A stretch of 63,270 nt of DNA, filler included, from Collodictyon triciliatum (taxonomy: Eukaryota): NCBI GenBank assembly GCA_043381765.1. It is 34 parts of 34 records of this genome, joined end to end, with 100 filler letters (N's around TTAATTAATTAA, not from the genome) between each part and the next. Parts side by side here need not be neighbours in the genome. Positions count along the whole stretch, not along the records: positions 50,037 to 54,374 come from JBHJMP010010448.1; positions 54,475 to 56,154 come from JBHJMP010010449.1; positions 56,255 to 57,934 come from JBHJMP010010450.1; positions 58,035 to 59,714 come from JBHJMP010010451.1; positions 59,815 to 61,492 come from JBHJMP010010452.1; positions 61,593 to 63,270 come from JBHJMP010010453.1; 28 more parts are not named here. One strand, written 5' to 3'. The notes under the pieces are model-generated. The model had not been told where the DNA came from. It was given only the letters and a program-made list of their open reading frames with translations, and searched no databases. The position numbers were made by a program, and so were the translations under genes. Shown here one piece after another: positions 53,036 to 63,270 of this stretch (its first letter is position 1; each line of letters begins with the position of its first letter).

Positions 53036-53531
53036 CTATATATTCAATATTATTATTTTCTTTATATATATAGAGAAGGTCGTTTTGTTGAGCAGAAAAT
53101 TGCTCGATAGAATGCTCCAAGTAACCTATATTTTCTAGCTTTGTAAGTTTATAAGAAAACTCATAACTAAACCGATATTTTTTGCCATTATAAGTAATAG
53201 AATTATGGTAAGTAATATCTAGGACAGATTCTAACTGTTTTATGATATTTTGATTTTGTCTTCTTTTGCATAAGGTAATTGAGGAGATATATTTGTGATT
53301 AAAGAATACACGTTTGCCTCTTTTTAAACCCTGTATCACTGGGGCGAGAATAGCTTGTGCATCTTTGCTTAAATATTTTGCTTTTTGGCGAATAGCTTTA
53401 TTGTTAGCTCTTTTGATTTTATCCCAATCAATATAACTTTTACGATAACGGGCTTTCTCTTCCTTAAATGAATAGAGTTTGTATAGCTGTGTTTGAACTG
53501 TGTATTCTTCAGAGTATTGTAATAATGTCAT
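53036..53531 (-). pseudogene. 5' part of a Rickettsiales-type DnaA-like (DnaA_N-containing) replication protein, interrupted by IS701
   Basis: KLYSFKEEKARYRKSYIDWDKIKRAN...FNHKYISSIT.C.RRQN.NII.QL..+LDITYHNSIT..GKKYR recalls Rickettsiaceae plasmid/mobile rep-like proteins (from memory, not searched). The last 10 aa of the listed ORF come from the IS end. Confidence 0.65.
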
Positions 53532-53533
53532 TA

Positions 53534-53570
53534 TTTTCTAATATTTAAAATTGTTTTAAATTTTAGAAAA
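53534..53570 (-). promoter_or_regulatory. 17-bp stem-loop immediately upstream of the rep-like start codon
   Basis: TTTTCTAA-T-ATTTAAAA-TTG-TTTTAAAT-T-TTAGAAAA, ending 2 nt before the ATG. Confidence 0.7.
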
Positions 53571-53576
53571 AGTGCC

Positions 53577-53605
53577 TTGACGAAGAGACAATATACCACT
53601 ATACT
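53577..53605 (+). promoter_or_regulatory. Sigma70 promoter, antisense to the rep-like leader
   Basis: TTGACG-N17-TATACT. Confidence 0.75.
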
Positions 53606-53611
53606 CCAGTT

Positions 53612-53665
53612 GTTATACAAGGAGTTTGGGTGCTTTCTCTCGTGGGGTGGCACTCTTTCTTTTTT
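53612..53665 (+). ncRNA. Putative ~55-nt counter-transcribed antisense RNA (ctRNA) with intrinsic terminator
   Basis: Follows the promoter and ends in the hairpin GGGTGCTTTCTC-TCGT-GGGGTGGCACTC plus TTTCTTTTTT. The stem depends on G-U pairs that form only on the + strand. Confidence 0.55.
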
Positions 53666-53841
53666 ATCGCTATTGTTTCTGATGTTTAATTCTTATTTTC
53701 TACAAATTCTCTCCGTGACCTCCTAATTTTTACTTACATAACAAACAAGAATATTAACTATTTTAGTAAAAGCAAGATTTTTATTGAATTTTTATTAAAA
53801 ATGCTATACACAAACTAAAGTTTTTTATATAATGAATTATT

Positions 53842-54135
53842 ATGAATAGAATAGAAATGATAAAAGAAGCAATAAGTGATAGTGGGTTATATTCCAATAA
53901 CCAATGTAAAATAGTGAATGTATTGCTCGATATTGCTATTAACAACGTAGCACAAGCAACTGTTAGGTTTCTTGAAGAAAAAACTGGAGTAAAAAAACCT
54001 ACGATTTATTTTGCTTTAAAAATTTTTCAAAAAGATGGATTAATAATAAAAAATGAACAGCTAGGAGGTTTTGAAATTCAACAACCTAAACTAAATTATT
54101 TTTTAGAATCTTATCAAAAAAAGCAATCTGTATAA
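53842..54135 (+). CDS. Small winged-HTH protein, 97 aa (bacterial)
   Basis: ATVRFLEEKTGVKKPTIYFALKIFQKDGLI has an HTH pattern; divergent from the rep-like gene. Confidence 0.7.
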   Translation: MNRIEMIKEAISDSGLYSNNQCKIVNVLLDIAINNVAQATVRFLEEKTGVKKPTIYFALKIFQKDGLIIKNEQLGGFEIQQPKLNYFLESYQKKQSV

Positions 54136-54176
54136 TTTTTTATAATTATTTTTCAATAATTTTATAATAAAAATAT

Positions 54177-54205
54177 TTGACAATTTTATTTTTCCCCTCT
54201 ATACT
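54177..54205 (+). promoter_or_regulatory. Sigma70 promoter for a downstream gene (RBS GAGGAGG, ATG 54347, MQNISTLPL..., truncated)
   Basis: TTGACA-N17-TATACT. Confidence 0.8.
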
Positions 54206-54221
54206 CACCTTATAAGGTATA

Positions 54222-54258
54222 AAAAAAACGCCTTAAGTTTGCAGCTTAAGACGTTTTA
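54222..54258. terminator. Hairpin/terminator-like element in the leader, with the longer U-tract on the minus strand
   Basis: AAAAAAACGCCTTAAG-TTTGCAG-CTTAAGACGTTTT. Confidence 0.55.
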
Positions 54259-54474
54259 ATAACCTTAAATAGTTGTAAGAATTTAACAGTTTTCGAGACC
54301 TAATTATTCTTACTTAATATCAATATAAATCCCATGAGGAGGATATATGCAAAATATCTCAACCCTACCTTTACNNNNNNNNNNNNNNNNNNNNNNNNNN
54401 NNNNNNNNNNNNNNNNNNTTAATTAATTAANNNNNNNNNNNNNNNNNNNNNNNNNNNNNNNNNNNNNNNNNNNN

Positions 54475-54556
<82 letters not shown>

Positions 54557-55296
54557 TTCTTTGTGATTCCATTTTTTAATTTTATCAGCGATTTAACTAT
54601 GCTAAAAAGCTGTTTAAACGAAACAGAAAATAAATGATTCTCTGCCGCCCCCAATATCCTGGTCAGAGACTCTTTTTAGGTGGCTCTTGATAATCTCAAA
54701 TCGCTACATCCATGTTTCAAAGGGAAATGTTTTGTAAAAAAAAAAAAAAAGACATTAGCCTATTTAAATTATTCGTTTTTTTTTTTTTTATACTTAAATT
54801 TCGATTTATTTTCTTTCTGTACATTATTGAATAAATAAACTGTTTGGATTCCTATTCGCACGATTTCTATGATGTATAGCATAACCATACATTTTGAAAC
54901 ATTTGCAGAATAAATCATTTGTTGGTCGGAGTTCTGAAGGACTGCTGCTCTTCGAGTGTATTGGACAATATATGGATGGAAGAAAACTTTATTCCGTACC
55001 TGCATATGTTCCTATCTAGCCGGAGTGGTATCATGAATGATAAAATATTCCAGTTTTTTTCTGCGTAAGTAGATGCTACTTTTTCAGGAATTCTGGCTCA
55101 TGGAACTAAATACTTTATATAAATATTTGCATTAGATTCTCTGATGACGAGATAACAGTGGAAAAAATACTACAGATAGTACTTTTTTTAAAAAAATAAA
55201 AAATTGTAATGGGAGGCTTCCTAATAAATAATGTTCGAAAAGTCAAAAATCACCACATTAATACCTTTCTTAATGTGTGTTAGTCTATGTCTACTT

Positions 55297-55983
55297 ATGA
55301 GTCATCATTCTTTCAAGGAATCAAGCAAATAATCCAGGTAAAATTCTGCATTGGTCAGATGTGATAGTTGATAGCTTTAAGCTTCATACATAACAGAATT
55401 ATCCATTACTGCTTTTAGACCGTACAATATGGGATACCCACTTGGAACAAGGATTATATATCTATTCTGTTTGAAAATATCTCTAATACCATTTCACAGA
55501 CAATCGACGTTGATAATCCCTTTTCGGTAATATAATTGAAGCATTATTTTTGATTTATAAAAGTCGCCATGGTCCAAGATACTATCATTATTTAAGGATT
55601 ATTGTAGCTATACAATCATCCTTTCTTAAATAAAAATAAATATCTAGATCCAAGAATACTTGGAAAATCATGATGTAATCAAGTCAATTGGTGACTGCGT
55701 GTCATCCATCAATGAATATGCGGTATTCAAATATTACCATATACTTCTGAGCAGAATATTCTCAAAAGACTTTCGAACACTTGCAATTTTTACTACTTTT
55801 ACAAATATATATACACCTTTTTTCCTCTATGATGAAGAAAATGAACTAATTAAAATAGATATGGTTTCATGTTTTTATCATTTTAGGGATCTCAAGCTAC
55901 TGAGAAACCCTATGTGCCAAACTCTATGTTTGATTTTATTCAACATATCATCCGACTTTATTCTGTTCATCATTATAAGGATG
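55297..55983 (+). CDS. Multi-exon protein of unknown function (5' part)
   Basis: Phase-compatible GT-AG exons MSHHSFKESSK?, TVQYGIPTWNKDY, IQEYLENHDVIK and GSQATEKPYVPN. The first exon is uncertain. Confidence 0.3.
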
Positions 55984-56253
55984 GTATGCCCCAAATACAC
56001 GTTGTTATTTTAAATTTTCTCCTGTCGTATCTCTACTTTCTTTTCTTTTTTTCTTTTTTCTATTCTTTTCTATTCTTTTCTATTCTTTTCTATTCTTTTC
56101 TATTCTTTTCTATTCTTTTCTATTCTTTTCTATTCTTTTCTATTCTTTTCTATTNNNNNNNNNNNNNNNNNNNNNNNNNNNNNNNNNNNNNNNNNNNNTT
56201 AATTAATTAANNNNNNNNNNNNNNNNNNNNNNNNNNNNNNNNNNNNNNNNNNN

Positions 56254-57934
56254 NAGACTGAGACTGAGACTGAGACTGAGACTGAGACTGAGACTGAGAC
56301 TGAGACTGAGACTGAGACTGAGACTGAGACTGAGATTGGGATTGGGATTGAGATTGGGACTTAGTACGAGATTCGTTTGGTGATTGTGATTGTGATGATG
56401 ATTGGGATTGTGATTGGAATTGAGATTGAGATTGAGATTGAGATTGAGATTGGGACTGAGACTGAGACTGAGATTGGGATTGTGATTGGAATTGAGATTG
56501 AGATTGAGATTGGGACTGAAATTGGTACTGAAATTGGGATTGGGATTGGGATTGGGACTGAGACTGAGACTGAGATTGGGATTGTGATTGGAATTGAGAT
56601 TGAGATTGGGACTGAAATTGGTACTGAAATTGGGATTGGGATTGGGATTGGGATTGAGATTGAGATTGAGATTGAGATTGGGATTGAGATTGTGATGATG
56701 ATTGTGATTGTGATTGTGATTGTGATTGAGACTGGGATTGGGATTGAGATTGGGATTGAGATTGAGATTGAGATTGGGATTGAGATTGGGATTGGGATTG
56801 AGTACGAGATTCATTTGGTGATTGAGATTGAGATTGAGATTGAGATTGGGATTGAGATTGTGATTGTGGTTGAGATTGGGACTTAGTATGATATTCATTT
56901 GGTGATTGAGATTTAGATTGAGATTGAGATTGAGAATGAGAATGAGAATGAGATTGAGATTGAGATTTAGATTGAGATTTAGATTGAGATTGAGACTGAG
57001 ACTGAGATTGAGAATGGGACTGAGATTGAGATTGGGATAGGGATAGGGATAGGGATTGAGACTGAGACTGAGACTGAGACTGAGACTGAGACTGAGACTG
57101 AGACTGAGAGTGAGACTGAGACTGAGACTGAGATTGGGATTGGGATTGGGATTGGGATTGAGATTGGGACTTCGTACGAGATTCATTTGGTGATTGTGAT
57201 TGAGGTTGAGATTGGGATTGGGATAGAGACTGTGATTGAGATTGAGATTGAGATTGAGATTGAGATTGAGATTGAGATTGAGATTGGGATTGAGATTGTG
57301 ATTGAGATTGTGATTGAAATTGGGAAAGAGATTGAGATTGGGATTGGGATTGAGATTGGGATTGAGATTGGGATTGAGATTGGGATTGTGATTGAGATTG
57401 TGATTTATTAGGAGATTGTGATTGTGATTGTGATTGGAATTGAGATTGAGATTGTGATTTATTAGGAGATTGTGATTGTGGTTGGGATTGGGATTGAGAT
57501 AGGGATTGAGTATGAGACTGAGATTGAGATTGGGATTGAGATTGGGATTGAGATTGAGATTGAGATTGTGATTCATTTGGTGATTGTGATTGTGATGATG
57601 ATTGTGATGATGATTGTGATTGTGATTGGGATTGAGATTGAGACTGAGATTGCGATTGCGATTGAGATTGGGACTTAGTATGAGATTCATTCGGGGACTG
57701 AGATTGGGATTGAGATTGGGACTTAGTATGAGATTGAGATTGGGATTGGGATTGGGACTTAGTGTGAGATTCATTTGGTGATTGTGATTGGGAAAAAGAT
57801 TGAGATTGAGATTGGGATTGGGATTGAGATTGAGATTGAGATTGAGATTGAGATTGAGATTGAGATTGAGATTGAGATTGAGACTGAGACTGAGACTGAG
57901 ACTGAGACTGAGACTGAGACTGAGACTGAGACTG
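56254..57934 (-). CDS. (Gln-Ser)n low-complexity coding exon, ~560 aa, open at both ends
   Basis: Hexamer variants are synonymous only in the CAA/CAG-TCT/TCC/TCA frame. Recurring SPNESHTKS/SPNKS motifs; no stop found in the variant blocks checked. Confidence 0.65.
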
Positions 57935-59397
57935 NNNNNNNNNNNNNNNNNNNNNNNNNNNNNNNNNNNNNNNNNNNNTTAATTAATTAANNNNNNNNNN
58001 NNNNNNNNNNNNNNNNNNNNNNNNNNNNNNNNNNACAAAATACAAAAAAACAAAAAAAACAAAAAAACAAAAAAAAACAAAAAAAAACAAAAAAAACAAA
58101 AAAACAAAAACAAAAAAAAAAGTAGAATACGTACAACTAGTTGAAGGCTATAGATGCATGTAATTGCATTCTTGTTTGCATGGTGGATGATATCAGCAGC
58201 CCCGGTTGTATGATAGTATTGTGTGAAACGTAACTTCTGGTTCAACAAGAGAGTCGCATCCACCACGACCTTGATGTCAATTACTCTTATTTTTAATAAG
58301 TCAATACAGAACATGAACGGCTAATCTTGCTACAATATAAAAGGAAAACAAGCAAAAGAGGAATGTCTAAGCAAAGTTTCGTTCGCCAACAACGGACTAT
58401 ATACCTACTGTTTGTCCTGATGATTACAGACATTTTCATACACACCTTTCTGGAGCCACCGTATGGAACGCTTATCGACAACCTCGTCGCATTCATGTAA
58501 ATCACATATCAAATTCCCGAGAAGGGTCCCTTGACTATGTATCTACTCCCATGCCTTCTACCAAAACCATTTTCTGGGACATTTATATTTGAATATGGCT
58601 GAATCAGTTCGTTTATGCTCTTCCATTTTTATTATTGCATCCTAGGGTGCACATGTTCGTGATGGTCACACAGCTGATTGTGCTTTATGTGGCTTTCTCA
58701 GAGACAATCTACATAAAAAATCGAGTATATTCGGAACTCTTTATTGAGTTCCGATCGATTCTTTTGCTTTATCCTCTTTACTTCGTGTCACTGGTCGTAC
58801 TCAAAGTTGTTCGCATGGTCATACTTAGTTGCCTTTTATAAGAAATCTAATTACACTGCCCATTATAAACTCTCTTTGAGATTTTTTAATATAGAAAAAA
58901 AACCTTTAAACATATTCTCATTTGAGTTTTATTTACTTACCTTCGAGATATTTACAATATTAATATGCATATTTATGTATAAATTATCTTCTTCCACCAT
59001 TTCGGTGATAAATAGGTGTGCATATATGTTTTATCCTACCCCGAGCCTTTATTATGGAATACTGCAGTATATTCAGTCCTATTTTACCTTCACTATATCG
59101 GTAATACAAAAATGGCTCCATACTTTTCTAATTTTAGAATACTATCATTGAACTAGCCATAAATTCGATATTAGTTGTCCTGCTATATGAATACTCTCTG
59201 TATTCCACGATAATGGAGCTCTACAAAACAAAGCACTATGATTTTGCTCGAAAAAGCCAGAAAGTACACGTAGTGGTCGAATCTTGAATACATATTTTTT
59301 TTAAAAAATGTATAAATCATCGACTAGATATGATCTTCTTGATGGTAGGGATTCGATTTTAGAGATTGAGTTGCTCACAAGATCAATTACAATGAAG

Positions 59398-59460
59398 AAA
59401 AGAGATGCTGTTTTTTTTCCCCTTTATTCGATTCAAAGTAAAAAAAAGAGATGCTGTTTT
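59398..59460 (-). mobile_element. 25-bp LINE-A tail insertion with 17-bp target-site duplication
   Basis: AAAAGAGATGCTGTTTT [TTTTCCCCTTTATTCGATTCAAAGT AAAA] AAAAGAGATGCTGTTTT. Confidence 0.88.
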
Positions 59461-59814
59461 AAAATATTGAAAAGGGACAAATCATATATATTTTAAATAC
59501 CGTCTTCAACTAACCTATGTAGAGTTTGGCTCAGCAACTCACTACATAACGGTTGTACTGGCTAGCAAACCAAAGACAAAACCTCCCTCTAACGCAAATT
59601 AAAAGAATAAAAACAAAATCAAAAATCAAAAATCAAAAATCAAAAATCAAAAATCAAAAATCAAAAATCAAAAATCAAAAATCAAAAATCAAAAATCAAA
59701 AATCAAAAATCAAANNNNNNNNNNNNNNNNNNNNNNNNNNNNNNNNNNNNNNNNNNNNTTAATTAATTAANNNNNNNNNNNNNNNNNNNNNNNNNNNNNN
59801 NNNNNNNNNNNNNN

Positions 59815-61492
59815 GTTCAAAGGACTTGTCGAAATAATATCAACCGGAAGATGGCTCCAGTTTCCCATGGATTTGGTCGCTGACCCACCGAAGTTTATCC
59901 AGAAACTTAAAGAGGATATAGAAGCATACGAGTCGTCCAGTGTTAGTTCAGTTACATTAGGATACCAGTCCAATATGTCCAGTAACACTGTTGTTGTCTT
60001 TGTAGCTGTGAAAGAACCTTTCCCGAAGGCATTTCTTCATAATCAGATACTTATTTGGTGTAATACAGAATCATCCGGAAATTACTGGGAAGCAAAAAAA
60101 TATGGCCATAAAGGAAAGTTATTGACGCCATCTTTTATTCCTGGTGTTTACTATTTCCTACTTGAGAAATATTACACGTGCACTTATACGTTCGAAATAA
60201 CAAACCATCATATCAAGTCAAAACCTTATAGGTATGACCACACTTATGATGGGAAGGGAGGCTGTATAATCCATCCTAATCTCTCGTGGATTGTGTCAGG
60301 AAGCTTCTTTTCAAATTCTGTAGGGTACTCATCTGACGAAGGATTCGATATGATATTGGAGAATATTGTTTCTTGCTACCTCTCTCCTGTTGATGAAGGA
60401 AGGAATCCACTCTCGATTGTCAGAAATAATTCTGCTCAGACTGTTGTCAATATTATCCACGAACTGACATTTGTATGTAGGAGGAAACTTGATGAACATC
60501 ATACAATCTCAAATATTCAATCTCTTGCAAAAGATAAAAAAGACTATTGCAGACTTGCTTTCTTATTGATATTCCTTGCGCAAAAAGCTCGAAATATAAT
60601 TTTATCTACCAAATTCATCGACATTCTTGGTGGAGCGATAACGCGAGGACAAGAGCTTATTCTGTCAGAAATTCCCAAGCACATCACCAGAGGAAACCTG
60701 AGGGAATTTTTGTTGACGCTAAAAAGCATAGTTGAACAAGGAATGAAGGATGCAAGCACAGAATGGCCGATACTTGCTTGGCTTCTTAATTTCTCTTTCG
60801 AATCATGTGTCTCTTCTTCTCATAAGGGAGATATCAAAGCCTATGATTTTATCATACACAGAGATGATTGCAAGCAATACGATGCTGGCAACATGGAGGC
60901 CCGAATGCACATTTTAGATGTTTTGAAGCTTAATTGCATACTTTCTCCTATTGCTATCCCGGATTTTCTCGTCGAAGTTTTAAGCCCAGAAGGTATTTCA
61001 ATTGCATACTTATATGATTAGCCATAACTTAGTTTTTACACACAATAATTGTTGAATACATGGAATCCAATAAATAAAATATCTGCATTACATTTAGATA
61101 TTTCCAAAGTTTATAAGTCTCTAAAATCTGAAGAAAGAGGATACAGATCAGGAAGTGCCAAGGAATTCTGGACATCCATCGCATGGCTGAAATCGTCAAA
61201 GAACAAAAGGAAATTAATGGGCATCATTCAAATTCTTCTCAAAGATGGCATCAAAAAGGATGCTGTTTTACTACTATTAGAATATGAGCCTGTGGAATTT
61301 CAGATGGCAGAATATGTTTCAATTTTTAAACAAAAGAGCGTCGCTGATATATTTTCAGACGAATATACCATCATGAAGCTACTCAGAAAGAAGTGTTTCA
61401 GAGACCCAAAAAATATGTTATCCATCGTCTGCCTTATTTGCAACAGCTGTTCGCCATCAACGAGTGTGAAGGTCGTCAATATTCTCCAACGA
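59815..61492 (+). CDS. Fragment of a large unknown protein, two exons (intron ~60993-61097)
   Basis: A 384-aa and a 163-aa frame are joined by CCAGAAG|GTATTT...CATTTAG|ATATT. No family confidently recognised. Confidence 0.6.
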
Positions 61493-61592
61493 NNNNNNNN
61501 NNNNNNNNNNNNNNNNNNNNNNNNNNNNNNNNNNNNTTAATTAATTAANNNNNNNNNNNNNNNNNNNNNNNNNNNNNNNNNNNNNNNNNNNN

Positions 61593-63084
61593 GACGTACA
61601 AACTCAACCTTCGAGGCTCCGAGTTCGAGGTGGTTGTTACGGCCGAGGTCCTCAATCGTGTGAACCGCATAATCTTCTGCTACAAACATCCGTTCTTGAT
61701 TCACAGCTCGCGCCGCGCAGAAGTTGATGACTTCATCGCCCATGTCAATCACTCGCTGACTTTGAGCTGGTTTCACATGAATATTCAATCGGGTGAGTTT
61801 TTTCTCAGCACTACGCTGATTGACCCCAGCACGCGGACGAACGATATGGCCGAGAACATCCGCAACAATCAGACTCTTGCAATCAGGATTCTAACCGACT
61901 ATTGCGAAGTCCTTCGAAAGTTTTCCGTGCCGGCGCCTATTCAGCGTAAGAGTTTTCTAATAGTATTCTTCATTGATATTCAGTTGTTTTTTATTCGAAT
62001 TATTTATTCACATTATTTATTCACATGATTTATTCAGTCGTCATTTAAAGCTCTCTATGAAACTGAATCTCAATTGTAGCGGTTCCTGGGACTTTGTTTG
62101 CATACACCAATACTGGCAATAATGTCATGTTTAAAAGTGATGTGGGTGTTGAAATGACCAAAAAAGTATGTCTTGGGGATCGATTTGTCCTAAGAGGATT
62201 GGGTTCTGTCACTTATATCGGATGTTACGAGAGGATTCCGTACATCGTTTCCGACCGCGATATGAATGTTCGTCCGTGGACGGATGATTCAATGCCCTTG
62301 GAATACATCCGAAAGTTTGGTAAGCCAACTTACCATCATTCCTCTTTCTGTTTTTTTTTTCTTCCTCTCTCTTTTTTTTTCTTTCCTCTCTCTTTTTTAT
62401 CTCGTCTAATATGTTTAGTCAATATTTCTTGAGTAATCTTAATCTAACGAATTTATATAATGTCGGGATAGGTGACGTACCGGTGACAAGAGGATATGTT
62501 GGTATTGATAATGCTGTATATAGGTTTGATGTTACCTTGATGGCATCTCATCGATTCAATTTCTTGGCTGGAGACCGCGTCGTAAAAAAACAAAGATTCG
62601 GTAACGTCATCGGCGTGCTGAACCAATCGCTCTATGTGCACTATGACGGGTCTCCTGGTGCTGAAAGGGAAACAGAAGTCAAAGACCTCTGCCTTGTTTG
62701 TCGTTACGGTACTCTATCCAACTCCTTGTCTCGAGAATCGCACTATTAAATCATATATATGTGTGTGGGATAATGGCATCATCCTAAGCTCAATACTTAC
62801 TCGAATTTTTTTTAAATGATGGCACAGGATATCCCGGAACTTCGGTTGTGAGAGTGGCCAACGAGTCTGTGGAAGTCAATGTGTCTTCTCTCTCTACAGC
62901 AGAATACGGTTTTGCCCCAGGAGATATCGTTAACATACCCAATAATGGACGAGGCGTGATAATTGGTCTATGCCGCCATAAAATAATCCTGCATCGAATG
63001 GGCTCTCCTGAGCCAAACATATTGGGTTTGGGAATCAACATGGACTTTCGACTGATTTGTCGCCCAGGTATTTCAACATTGTAA
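61593..63084 (+). CDS. Multi-exon protein: YbjN-like domain followed by three KOW/SH3-like repeats
   Basis: HPFLIHSSRRAEVDDFIAHVNHSLTLSWFHMNIQSGE; repeats LGDRFVLRGLGSVTYIG, AGDRVVKKQRFGNVIGVLNQSLYVHYDG and PGDIVNIPNNGRGVIIG. Confidence 0.5.
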
Positions 63085-63270
63085 ATTATTTTTTTATTTT
63101 TTTTGCTTTATTTGATAATTCGCGCATATCACTATTCAATCAACTCAACGAACTCAACGAATTCAACGAACCCTCTTCTTCTTCTTCTTCTTCTTCTTCT
63201 TCTTCTTCTTCTTCTTCTTCTTCTTCTTCTTCTTCTTCTTCTTCTTCTTCTTCTTCTTCTTCTTCTTCTT

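Noticed and set aside
56203-57774. Listed 523-aa NLNL ORF and the + strand IEIE ORFs
   Set aside because: These are shadow frames; repeat variation is synonymous only in the Gln-Ser frame.
59867-61492. Possible RNF213-like N-terminus
   Set aside because: Only a vague resemblance, with no diagnostic motif.

Overview
This window is not contiguous DNA. It is a concatenation of about 34 short contigs (almost all ~1.68-1.70 kb) joined by an artificial N-run/TTAATTAATTAA/N-run linker, and many contigs break at microsatellites. Most contigs come from an intron-rich, microsatellite-rich microbial eukaryote using the standard genetic code. Recognisable gene fragments: a CH-domain protein, RPB3-like polymerase subunit, tRNA-Arg(TCG), PHO88/SND3, two NACHT-type NTPases, RasGEF, MFS transporter, Stf3-like sulfotransferase, UBLCP1, GT8-like protein, two LRR proteins, a Kv channel and a (Gln-Ser)n protein. 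Mobile or foreign DNA: (1) two related L1/Tx1-like non-LTR retrotransposon families, both ending in a PCNA PIP-box, plus ~25-bp tail-only insertions with target-site duplications; (2) a decayed Fanzor gene; (3) an intronless contig resembling a Polinton-like virus/virophage (penton-like C-terminus plus fibre); (4) a 2.65-kb bacterial, Rickettsiales-like piece carrying a complete IS701 that interrupts a DnaA-like replication gene. The leader of that gene holds what looks like a complete antisense-RNA (ctRNA) copy-number switch, which is the most novel-looking feature here. All protein family assignments come from motif recognition by eye, not from database searches.
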